Virus record (IMG/VR): IMGVR_UViG_3300032234_000483 | Location: 1 to 30,956 of that record | Strand: one strand, 5' to 3' | DNA length: 30,956 nt | Source of the DNA: a virus | Lineage: Duplodnaviria > Caudoviricetes | Shown: positions 16,282-24,447 of the stretch, piece by piece | Layout: every line of letters starts with the position of its first letter | Numbering within the stretch: the first letter of the stretch is position 1 | Made by a program: the position numbers and the translations under genes | Notes under the pieces: model-generated | Seen by the model: only the letters and a program-made list of their open reading frames with translations | Database searches by the model: none | Told to the model about the DNA's origin: nothing

Positions 16282-16487
16282 GTAATATATTTACACAAGA
16301 GGTGATGGACGTAATTGCCACACTGGAACAAGAGATAAAACAAGTGAGAGCTCGTAACGAGCGTTTGGAAAATGAATACAACGACCTTGAAAGAAAATAC
16401 GATGTCCTCAAAAACCAATGCGACCTCTACAAGGGGCAAATTCGAGCTGACTCAGCAGGAGCTTGCGACAGTGAGAGATGCGATTGA
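16278..16487 (+). CDS. Coiled-coil hypothetical protein
   Basis: ATGA coupling; LEQEIKQVRARNERLE. Confidence 0.65.
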   Translation: MSNIFTQEVMDVIATLEQEIKQVRARNERLENEYNDLERKYDVLKNQCDLYKGQIRADSAGACDSERCD

Positions 16488-16526
16488 AAAGACATTGCAA
16501 GACTATTACCGAAAGAAAGCTAGTAT

Positions 16527-16542
16527 ATTTCACAATGCGGTA
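16527..16542 (+). promoter_or_regulatory. Repeated upstream site variant ATTTCACAATGCGGTA
   Basis: Starts 33 bp upstream of promoter copy 5. Confidence 0.4.
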
Positions 16543-16559
16543 AATGAAGAGTAACAAAG

Positions 16560-16572
16560 TTTGTATATATAG
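16560..16572 (+). promoter_or_regulatory. Phage promoter-like motif copy 5
   Basis: TTTGTATATATAG upstream of SSB gene. Confidence 0.8.
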
Positions 16573-16577
16573 TAATA

Positions 16578-16613
16578 CGGGAAGACGAACCAACCCCGAC
16601 TCAAGTTTGGTTC
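16578..16613 (+). promoter_or_regulatory. Candidate H-type pseudoknot in SSB 5' leader
   Basis: CGGG/CCCG and GAACCAA/TTGGTTC interleaved. Confidence 0.5.
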
Positions 16614-16637
16614 TTACGTTAATAAAGGAAATACAAA

Positions 16638-17150
16638 ATGGCTAAAGCTATTAAAGTTGTAACAGGTAAAGTACGTTTCTCATACGCTCACGTGTTCACA
16701 CCACAGGCGTCACAAGAAGGTGGTACACCAAAGTATTCAGTTTCAATCATTATCCCTAAATCAGATAAAGAAACTGTTGAGAAAATCAACAAGGCTATTG
16801 AACAGGCTAAAGAAGAGAACAAGGCAGTTTGGGGTGGTACAGTACCTAAAGGTCTTAAGGGTGGCTTGCGCGATGGCGACGAAGAGAAAGACGACCCTGC
16901 ATACGCTAATAGCTATTTCATCAACGCTAACAGCTCACAAAAGCCAGGAGTTGTGGATGCAGATTTAAATGCTATCCTTGATGCATCTGAGTTCTATTCA
17001 GGTTGTTTTGGTCGCGCATCAATTAGTTTCTTTGCTTATAACTCTAATGGCTCTAAAGGCGTTGGTTGTGGTTTGAACAACGTACAGAAGTTAGAAGACG
17101 GCGAGAAGTTAGGCGGCGCATCATCAGCATCTGACGACTTTGCGGTTTAA
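16638..17150 (+). CDS. DUF2815 family ssDNA-binding protein
   Basis: KVVTGKVRFSYAH..PKYSV..LRDGD..YSGCFGRAS..GLNNVQKLEDGEKLGG..DDF. Confidence 0.92.
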   Translation: MAKAIKVVTGKVRFSYAHVFTPQASQEGGTPKYSVSIIIPKSDKETVEKINKAIEQAKEENKAVWGGTVPKGLKGGLRDGDEEKDDPAYANSYFINANSSQKPGVVDADLNAILDASEFYSGCFGRASISFFAYNSNGSKGVGCGLNNVQKLEDGEKLGGASSASDDFAV

Positions 17151-17163
17151 TAGGAGAATCAAC

Positions 17164-17541
17164 ATGGCAAAGCAAAAGACAGAGAAGTTAAGTTTTAGTA
17201 AGTTCTTTCCAGAGTCAACCGCGTATGTGTCTGTGTCAGGTAAAGCAACAGCTTCTGACAACTTCAACATCGATGTAAAAATCGGCGATGGTAGTGAGTC
17301 AATCAGCTTGTTCACAACAGATTGGTACAAGGACGACAGCCTAGCAACACTAAAGGCTATCCAAGAAGGTATCACAAAGGCAATCGAGTTCCAACAGAAA
17401 GCCTTGAAGCTACCAAAGCAAGAGAAAACGCTTAGAGAACACTGGTCAATTTGGGACCAAGAACCAAAAGAAACAAAGCCAGTTAAGCGTGTCCTAAAAA
17501 GCACAGAAACTGTAGTAAAGAAAAAGGCAGTAAAGAAGTGA
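17164..17541 (+). CDS. Hypothetical protein with Lys-rich tail
   Basis: AGGAG SD before ATG 17164. Confidence 0.75.
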   Translation: MAKQKTEKLSFSKFFPESTAYVSVSGKATASDNFNIDVKIGDGSESISLFTTDWYKDDSLATLKAIQEGITKAIEFQQKALKLPKQEKTLREHWSIWDQEPKETKPVKRVLKSTETVVKKKAVKK

Positions 17542-17574
17542 TGTAGCATAGTAGTAAATCCTTAGTAAAACGAC

Positions 17575-17596
17575 AAAGCCCACTCCGGTGGGTTTT
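17575..17596 (+). terminator. Hairpin, probable (possibly leaky) terminator
   Basis: AAAGCCCAC-TCCG-GTGGGTTTT. Confidence 0.55.
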
Positions 17597-17624
17597 GTTC
17601 CCTCTAACTATAATAAAGAAGACC

Positions 17625-19499
17625 ATGGACCAATATCAAGAATATATTGCAGCAAGTAGATACGCCCGATTCGTAGACGAAAAGAACCGTCGTGAAAATT
17701 GGGATGAGACAGTACAGCGTTATGTTGACTATGTATTTTCTCGCACGGAAAAGATTACAGAAAACGCTCAGTTAAAAAATGAGTTGTTCTCTGCAATTAG
17801 AAACTTAGAAGTAATGCCGTCCATGCGCGCTGTTATGACAGCAGGCAAATCAGCGGACAGAGATAACACCTGCGTGTACAACTGTTCATATCTTCCAATT
17901 GACGACCAGAAATCATTCGATGAAGCAATGTTTATTTTGTTATGCGGTACAGGTGTCGGCTTCTCAGTTGAATCCAAATACATTAATCAACTGCCCGACG
18001 TGCCAGAAAAGCTATTCAATAGCGAGCACACTCTCACCGTCCACGACAGCAAAGAAGGATGGGCCAAAGCATTACGTTTGCTCATCGCTCACCTCTACGC
18101 CGGAGAAATCCCAAAGTGGGACGTATCAAAAATCAGACCTGCCGGAGCCAGACTTAAGACATTTGGTGGAAGAGCTTCAGGGCCAGAACCATTAGTCGAC
18201 TTGTTTGAGTTCACTGTTGCCATGTTCAAGAATGCGCATGGCCGTAAGTTGAACTCATTGGAGTGTCACGACTTGATGTGTAAGATTGGTGAAGTAGTTG
18301 TTGTCGGCGGTGTACGTCGCTCAGCAATGATTTCACTATCAGACTTAGATGATGAAAGGATTCGACATGCAAAAGCAGGCCCATGGTGGGAAACAGCGCC
18401 GCACAGAGCTCTTGCTAACAACAGTGCAGTGTATAATGAAACACCTACTGTCGGAAAGTTCATGGAAGAATGGTTATCACTTTACAACTCCCATTCCGGT
18501 GAACGAGGCATTTTTAATCGAGAGGCTGCTAAGAAGACAGTTGAGAAATACGGACATAGAGACCCTAACTTTGAGTTCGGAACTAATCCGTGCTCAGAAA
18601 TCATCCTCCGACCATACCAATTCTGTAATCTTACTGAGGTTGTAGTACGCCATGATGACACCAAAGAAACCTTGTTGCGCAAGGTGCGGCTCGCAAGTAT
18701 TTTGGGAACCATCCAAGCAACCTTTACAAAGTTCCCTTATCTGCGTAAAGTGTGGCAGCGTAACACCGAAGAAGAAAGACTGTTGGGTGTGTCGCTTACT
18801 GGCATTTATGACAACAAGTTTATGTGCACGCAAGGAGAAGGATTAAATGAATTACTCGCCGAGCTTAGAGAAGAAGCAAGAAAGGCTAACACAGAGTTTG
18901 CTGGACTACTTGGAATTCCTGCAAGCGCAGCTATCACCTGTGTTAAACCATCAGGAACCGTGTCTCAACTCGTTGATTCCGCGTCTGGCATCCATCCACG
19001 ACACTCTAAGTTCTATATCCGAAGAGTTAGAGGAGATGCAAAAGACCCTCTTACGCAGTTCTTAATTAGTCAAGGAGTTCCAAATGAGCCGTGTGTTTAC
19101 AAACCTACTCAAACGATTGTGTTCAGTTTTCCGCAGAAAGCCCCGGACGGATTGGTTAGAGATGACGTCACGCCCATCAGTCACCTCGGACTTTGGCTCA
19201 CATATCAAAGACACTGGTGCGAACATAAGCCCAGTGTTACAATATCTGTCGAAGAAAAAGACTGGCCAAGCGTCGGCGCGTGGACGTGGGAAAACTTCAG
19301 TGAAATCTCAGGCGTCAGCTACCTCCCATACGACGGAGGAACCTACCGCCAAGCGCCGTACGAAGAGTGCACCGAAGAAGACTACAACAAGCTCAAAGCC
19401 CAAGTCCCAAGCATCAACTGGGAAGAGTTCAAAGAAGTCACAGACAACGTAGAGGGAGCACAACAACTAGCCTGCGTGGCCGGAGTTTGCGAAATCTAA
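17625..19499 (+). CDS. nrdJ: Class II (adenosylcobalamin-dependent) ribonucleotide reductase
   Basis: YNCSY, CGTGVGFSVE, GGVRRSA, GTNPCSEI, FCNLTE, CVKPSGT, C-terminal CVAGVC; no beta subunit gene nearby. Confidence 0.92.
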   Translation: MDQYQEYIAASRYARFVDEKNRRENWDETVQRYVDYVFSRTEKITENAQLKNELFSAIRNLEVMPSMRAVMTAGKSADRDNTCVYNCSYLPIDDQKSFDEAMFILLCGTGVGFSVESKYINQLPDVPEKLFNSEHTLTVHDSKEGWAKALRLLIAHLYAGEIPKWDVSKIRPAGARLKTFGGRASGPEPLVDLFEFTVAMFKNAHGRKLNSLECHDLMCKIGEVVVVGGVRRSAMISLSDLDDERIRHAKAGPWWETAPHRALANNSAVYNETPTVGKFMEEWLSLYNSHSGERGIFNREAAKKTVEKYGHRDPNFEFGTNPCSEIILRPYQFCNLTEVVVRHDDTKETLLRKVRLASILGTIQATFTKFPYLRKVWQRNTEEERLLGVSLTGIYDNKFMCTQGEGLNELLAELREEARKANTEFAGLLGIPASAAITCVKPSGTVSQLVDSASGIHPRHSKFYIRRVRGDAKDPLTQFLISQGVPNEPCVYKPTQTIVFSFPQKAPDGLVRDDVTPISHLGLWLTYQRHWCEHKPSVTISVEEKDWPSVGAWTWENFSEISGVSYLPYDGGTYRQAPYEECTEEDYNKLKAQVPSINWEEFKEVTDNVEGAQQLACVAGVCEI

Positions 19500-19505
19500 A
19501 TAACT

Positions 19506-19521
19506 ATTTCACATGGTGGTA
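19506..19521 (+). promoter_or_regulatory. Repeated upstream site ATTTCACATGGTGGTA
   Basis: 15/16 identical to 14666 copy; same 43-bp offset to promoter. Confidence 0.55.
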
Positions 19522-19526
19522 AGTTT

Positions 19527-19551
19527 GGGACCCTTCGGGGTCCCTTTTTTT
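19527..19551 (+). terminator. Rho-independent terminator
   Basis: GGGACCC-TTCG-GGGTCCC followed by T7. Confidence 0.9.
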
Positions 19552-19561
19552 GTATATATAG
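19549..19561 (+). promoter_or_regulatory. Phage promoter-like motif copy 6
   Basis: TTTGTATATATAG overlapping the terminator T tract, upstream of PolA. Confidence 0.8.
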
Positions 19562-19610
19562 TTATGTAACAAATCAACCGCGATACGTCGCATCAGCCAT
19601 AGGAGCATTC

Positions 19611-21503
19611 ATGTTAGTAAATCTCGACTTTGAAACACGCAGTAAGGTAGACCTGAAGGACAAGGGTCTGGACACATACGCCAGGGATATATCCACTGAG
19701 GTCATTTGTATGGCATACTCAATTGATGGCGGTGAGGTTAAGTTGTGGACTCCACAATTTGCCATCCCGCAGTTCTTATCTAACCCAAACGCTAAATTCC
19801 AAGCGTGGAATGCTGCATTTGAATACAATATTATGAAGCACGTATTGCAGCTTAATACAACGTGGGAGCAGATGATTGACTCCATGGCCATAGCTGCAGC
19901 CAATAACATCCCACAGGCCTTGGACGACGCCGCACAGTTCATTGACGGCGAGCACCTAAAGGACCCGATTGGTAAGCGTCTAATCCAGAAGCTATCCAAG
20001 CCAAAGAAGGACGGCACGTTCAACGAAGACCCTGAGCTGCTAGACCAGATGTACGAATACTGTAAGCAAGACGTACGCACCGAGATGGAAGTGGTTAAGA
20101 ACCTACGTCCGCTGTCTGCCAGTGAGCAAGCTGTCTGGGTGCTAACACAGAAGATTAACGAGGCGGGTGTGCCAGTTGACCCGCAAGAACTGAAGAACGC
20201 TATCTTTGCCTGTGAACAGAACAAAAAGGCAATTTACAGGGAAATCACTGAGCTAACAGGAGGAATTACAGCCAACCAACCTGCCAAACTGATTGAATGG
20301 ATGGGCAAGCGTGGTGTTGTTGTGGAAGATTTGACCGCCGAGACCGTTACAAAATTGTTGCAGCGCAGCAATATTACGGACGAGGTGAGAAGGGTATTGG
20401 AGTTGCGCCAACAAGGCTCAATGACCAGTGTGGCTAAATTTGAAAAGATGTTGGAGGTACAAGTTGGAGGTCGTATCCGTAATACTTTGGTTTATCATGG
20501 CGCTAGTACAGGTCGTTTTGCTAGTAGGGGTGGCCTTAACCTACAGAACATTGCTCGCCCTAGTTTGGACGATAATGCAATTGAAGAGGCTTATGAGCGC
20601 ATTTTAGTGCGTGGTGAAGGTGGCACTATGGAAGAGCTATCAAGTCTCGTCAGAAGTGCCATTAAAGCCCCTGACGGGCAGGTATTTATCGACGCTGACT
20701 TCTCATCCATTGAGAACCGCGTGGCTTCATGGATTGCCGGTCAGAATGACAAGGTAGAACTCTTCCGCCAAGGTCTTGACGAATACAAAGCATTCGCCTC
20801 TAGCGCGTTGTATAACGTGCCCTACGAGGAAGTTACCAAGGACATGCGACAGATTTCCAAGTCAGCCGTGTTAGGCTGCATGTTTGGACAGGGCGCCAAG
20901 GGTCTGGTTGAGTACGCTGAAGGTATGGGCGTCAAGATGACCATGGGAGAGAGTGAGCGAGCTGTGAAGGCATACCGCAACGCCTATGCCAAGGTGAAGA
21001 GTGCATGGTATGACTTTGAAGGTGCTGCGATTGCAGCGATTCAGAACGAAGGACACCCATACAAGATAGGTAAGATTGCGTTCAAGTGCGCTAAGAACGC
21101 ACTGTGGATGCAGTTACCGAGTGGTAGGCTTATCTGTTGGCAACGTCCCAAGGTCGAGAAGCAACTGACGCCATGGGGTCAACTTAAGGACGGCATTCTT
21201 GTTTGGAGTCAGAACACGTTTACTCGCAAGTGGGGGTACAATAAGCTCATCGGCTCCAGCATTTTTCAGTCGAGCGTTCAAGCTACCGCACGGGATATGC
21301 TCACCGAGAGTATGCTTGCTCTTGATAATGAAGGTTACACTGTGGTCAACAGTATCCATGATGAAATTCTCCTACTTGCTCCAGAGGATGGCGCAGAGGC
21401 CGCACTAGAGCGTGTTGTTGAGGTAATGACAAAACCACCAAAGTGGGCGCCTGAGTTTCCTCTAGCTGCCGAAGGGTGGGTTGGAAAACGTTATCGCAAA
21501 TAA
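19611..21503 (+). CDS. polA: Family A DNA polymerase with 3'-5' exonuclease (Leu762 type)
   Basis: LDFETRS, AWNAAFE, YCKQDV; STGRF..NLQN; motif A DFSSIENR, motif B RQISKSAVLGCMFG, motif C IHDE. Confidence 0.95.
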   Translation: MLVNLDFETRSKVDLKDKGLDTYARDISTEVICMAYSIDGGEVKLWTPQFAIPQFLSNPNAKFQAWNAAFEYNIMKHVLQLNTTWEQMIDSMAIAAANNIPQALDDAAQFIDGEHLKDPIGKRLIQKLSKPKKDGTFNEDPELLDQMYEYCKQDVRTEMEVVKNLRPLSASEQAVWVLTQKINEAGVPVDPQELKNAIFACEQNKKAIYREITELTGGITANQPAKLIEWMGKRGVVVEDLTAETVTKLLQRSNITDEVRRVLELRQQGSMTSVAKFEKMLEVQVGGRIRNTLVYHGASTGRFASRGGLNLQNIARPSLDDNAIEEAYERILVRGEGGTMEELSSLVRSAIKAPDGQVFIDADFSSIENRVASWIAGQNDKVELFRQGLDEYKAFASSALYNVPYEEVTKDMRQISKSAVLGCMFGQGAKGLVEYAEGMGVKMTMGESERAVKAYRNAYAKVKSAWYDFEGAAIAAIQNEGHPYKIGKIAFKCAKNALWMQLPSGRLICWQRPKVEKQLTPWGQLKDGILVWSQNTFTRKWGYNKLIGSSIFQSSVQATARDMLTESMLALDNEGYTVVNSIHDEILLLAPEDGAEAALERVVEVMTKPPKWAPEFPLAAEGWVGKRYRK

Positions 21504-21508
21504 TGACT

Positions 21509-21535
21509 AAAGGGAGCCTAAGCTCCCTTTCTTTT
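21509..21535. terminator. Bidirectional terminator between convergent arms
   Basis: AAAGGGAGC-CTAA-GCTCCCTTT-CTTTT. Confidence 0.85.
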
Positions 21536-24447
21536 TAGCACTTCCACTTTCTCAAACTCTTGTTGATTCTTGAGTCTGGGTCGTTGGCCGTTGCTGATGA
21601 GGTGTTCTTTTTCTTCATGCCCTCCATGCGAGCACAAAAAGACTTCTTACGTGGTCCGCCTTCTGGCTGTGGCGCCTTTAGGTTGCCACCAGTCTCGCGG
21701 TTGTATGACGCACGACCGGCAGCATTCAAGCCACCTGATGGGCTCTTACCTTCAGAACGTTGCCATGCAGGAGTCTTACCACCCTCTTTCATGCAAGCCA
21801 AACCACCTTCAGCGTACTGCTTACCAGGGAAGTCAGACAAGTTCAAACGTGGGTCATCCCAAGTAGTTGTCTCTAATCCACGCTTTGGAACCAAAATCAA
21901 TGGACCTGATTGCAACTTCTCTTCTGCTGCCCATACTGGCATGCCTGTAGACTTGTCATAGAACTGTGAGTGTCTACGTGGGTCCATACCAATCTGAGCG
22001 TAGCTAGGGTCCTTCATCATCTCAGCCATCATGCGACGAACTTCTTCATCACTGGTGCCAACGTTAGTGCCCTTAATTAACGCCTTTGGAGTTTTTTCCA
22101 ATCCCATTTCAGCGCCCATTGGCGTGAGTGCCTGTGGTTTGGTACCAAGACCTACACGCACAAACGTATCAGGTGATGAAGAAAATTCTACATCTTTAAG
22201 ATGTCCGGTTCTGCCGTAGCTAATTGGTTTGTTTTTGTTAGCAATGTCATGGGTTGTGTCAACGTACACACCATGTCTAGTATAGGCCGGTATGTCTAAA
22301 CGATTACCAACACGCATACCTGCCGGAACAGGAATTAATGCTTTAGGTTGTTTATCAGAAGTTAGTGCGTTTATAATCTGCTCATCAGTATATGACGGTG
22401 GCATTTGAGTCCAAGGACGTAGAGGCAACTCCTTGTTCATAATGGCAATACGTTCAGCTTGACTGATGTTACCTTTTAAATAATCTTCCAAAGCACGAGC
22501 AACTTTAGGGTTTTGGCTGTGTGATTTAGCAGCAGGTTTTACAAAACCTAATCCACCTTCAACAACTTTCCTACCTGCGTTGTATCCTGGAACTTCACCA
22601 CCTTCAGCAAATCCTTCAGACTGTGCTCTTCTCCACAACTCTTCTGTGATAGGCTGTTTGATTGAGTTGCGCATGATGTCCATAGCAGTCACGTCACGGT
22701 CAAAACCGCGAGCAACGAGGTTAGCTTTGATTCTAGCAAGCTCATCTGGGATGGCAATTTCTTTAGGAACGTATCCAAAGTTACCACTCTTAAGCTCACC
22801 AAAGTTTGCGTAATCAAAAGCGTTGTGTAGGTCAGGTCTGTACTCTGGAGGTTTAGCTCCCACTGTAAACAAACGGCTTCCAATAGAGTGTGTCGGCGCA
22901 TCTAGTAAAGACTGCTCTGTGTTTCTAGCCAAAATATCTTCGTAGTTAATAATCTTACCACCGCCGGGCACACCTCGGGTTACTCCTACACCTCCCATGA
23001 TGTCTGCTAAATGACCACGTTGATGAAACCCTTTAGCCATTTCGTTAAACGCGTCGCGGTCGCGGATGTCAAACTTATCCTGGAAGGTTTGAATTTTGTC
23101 TTTGCCGTGAGTTAAGGTTGGTAACTTTTCTTGAATCTTAGCCTCTAACTCAGGAGTCATCTTTCCCTGCTTAATGGCCTTAAAGTACTCGTCGGCTATT
23201 TCATTAAACACAGAACGGTTTGTTTTTAATTGAGTTGGAGAGCCAAGCAATCCAGTAATTAAAGTGTTTCCATCTTTGCCCATGTTGTATAGCTTGCTTG
23301 CTGCAGGAAGGCTGTCGTTAGCAAAAATCCAACCAGACTCTCTGTGAGGTTCACTAATCATTTGTAGATAAGGAGCCTCGGGACCACCCATTCTATTTAC
23401 ATCTAAATCAAGTATTGTTTTGTCTACAATGGTTGGGTGGAAAGAGTGCGTGCCGATGTACGGCTCAATGGCCTCACTAAACTTTTGAGTGCCGCTAAAT
23501 TTGTTTTTAGGAGCAGTATCCGCAACCGGAAGAATTATCTGTCTTGCTCTACCTGCTGCGGGTGCCGGCTTTTTTGAAGCCATTTTTGCAACCCCCTCAG
23601 CCACTCTCTTGCCTGCGTTGTACCCAGGGATAGCACCACCGGCGGCTTTGCCAACGATGTTTTCCATTTCTTTTTCACGCTGTCTGTCACGGTAGACGTT
23701 CAATCCTGCTGCACCACCACCAACGGCAGTTCCTACTACTCTAGCAAGTGGGTGTGGTAACAAAGAAACACCAGAACCCAACGCACCAAGTCCGCTGATA
23801 ATTGCTCCTGTTGTGTCGCCTGTCTTAGCTCTGTTGTAAGCGTCAGCCACTTCAAAGCCTAAACTTCCTCCGGCAATACCACGACCTAACCAAGCAGGAA
23901 CGCCAGACTTCATAACAGCGCTTCCTGCAGCACCTAAGTCTTTTACAACACCCGGTGTCTTAGCAGCAATCTGGCTGCCCAACGTTGGGGCTTTAGCGGC
24001 CAGTTGTGCCTTCTGTGCTGCCAAGTTTTGTGCAGCTGGAGAAGGGGCTCTAGTTAAGTTAGGATATTTTTTGGATAACGCGGCGTCTCTACGAATAGTT
24101 TTAGCTGCTTCGTTTTGAGCTTCGTTGTATGTTCTCCAGTTATCCAAACTCTGTTCGACACTAACACCTTTGGGGTTTAGTATTGTCTGTGGTTGGATAG
24201 TTCTTGGTGCATTCGCTGCTGTTGTAACAGGAGCGTTTCCAAGTCTAGCTGCTCTTGATGCGCTAAATGCTTCTGCGCCTTTATTAATAGCTGGACCAGC
24301 AACTTCACCAAGAAGTGCTCCGGCTCCAGTGGCATACAAAGGATTAACTAACTCAGCAGGACCTTCGCTTTCTGAAAGAGCAGCTTGATTAGCTGCTTCC
24401 TCTTCTTCAAGTCGACGTCTAAATTCAAACTCTTCTTGTTCAGTCAT
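21535..24447 (-). CDS. Large modular virion/ejection (polyvalent-type) protein with basic C-terminal DUF6321-like domain
   Basis: 970 aa; Gly/Ala hydrophobic N-region; AxGG-delimited modules; GGLNAAGRASYN..RKKSFCARM..LRKWKC. Confidence 0.7.
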   Translation of the reverse strand: MTEQEEFEFRRRLEEEEAANQAALSESEGPAELVNPLYATGAGALLGEVAGPAINKGAEAFSASRAARLGNAPVTTAANAPRTIQPQTILNPKGVSVEQSLDNWRTYNEAQNEAAKTIRRDAALSKKYPNLTRAPSPAAQNLAAQKAQLAAKAPTLGSQIAAKTPGVVKDLGAAGSAVMKSGVPAWLGRGIAGGSLGFEVADAYNRAKTGDTTGAIISGLGALGSGVSLLPHPLARVVGTAVGGGAAGLNVYRDRQREKEMENIVGKAAGGAIPGYNAGKRVAEGVAKMASKKPAPAAGRARQIILPVADTAPKNKFSGTQKFSEAIEPYIGTHSFHPTIVDKTILDLDVNRMGGPEAPYLQMISEPHRESGWIFANDSLPAASKLYNMGKDGNTLITGLLGSPTQLKTNRSVFNEIADEYFKAIKQGKMTPELEAKIQEKLPTLTHGKDKIQTFQDKFDIRDRDAFNEMAKGFHQRGHLADIMGGVGVTRGVPGGGKIINYEDILARNTEQSLLDAPTHSIGSRLFTVGAKPPEYRPDLHNAFDYANFGELKSGNFGYVPKEIAIPDELARIKANLVARGFDRDVTAMDIMRNSIKQPITEELWRRAQSEGFAEGGEVPGYNAGRKVVEGGLGFVKPAAKSHSQNPKVARALEDYLKGNISQAERIAIMNKELPLRPWTQMPPSYTDEQIINALTSDKQPKALIPVPAGMRVGNRLDIPAYTRHGVYVDTTHDIANKNKPISYGRTGHLKDVEFSSSPDTFVRVGLGTKPQALTPMGAEMGLEKTPKALIKGTNVGTSDEEVRRMMAEMMKDPSYAQIGMDPRRHSQFYDKSTGMPVWAAEEKLQSGPLILVPKRGLETTTWDDPRLNLSDFPGKQYAEGGLACMKEGGKTPAWQRSEGKSPSGGLNAAGRASYNRETGGNLKAPQPEGGPRKKSFCARMEGMKKKNTSSATANDPDSRINKSLRKWKC

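Noticed and set aside
16372-16554. 60-aa ORF before promoter copy 5
   Set aside because: Long overlap with the upstream gene and no clear SD; may be real but I cannot support it.
17542-17624. Cobalamin riboswitch upstream of the class II RNR
   Set aside because: Region too short and lacks a B12 box; only one hairpin.
19574-20224. 216-aa minus-strand ORF
   Set aside because: Antisense shadow of PolA; Ser/Phe-rich composition typical of reverse frames.
17625-21503. Intein or intron in RNR or PolA
   Set aside because: Both are continuous, of compact length, with no splicing motifs.
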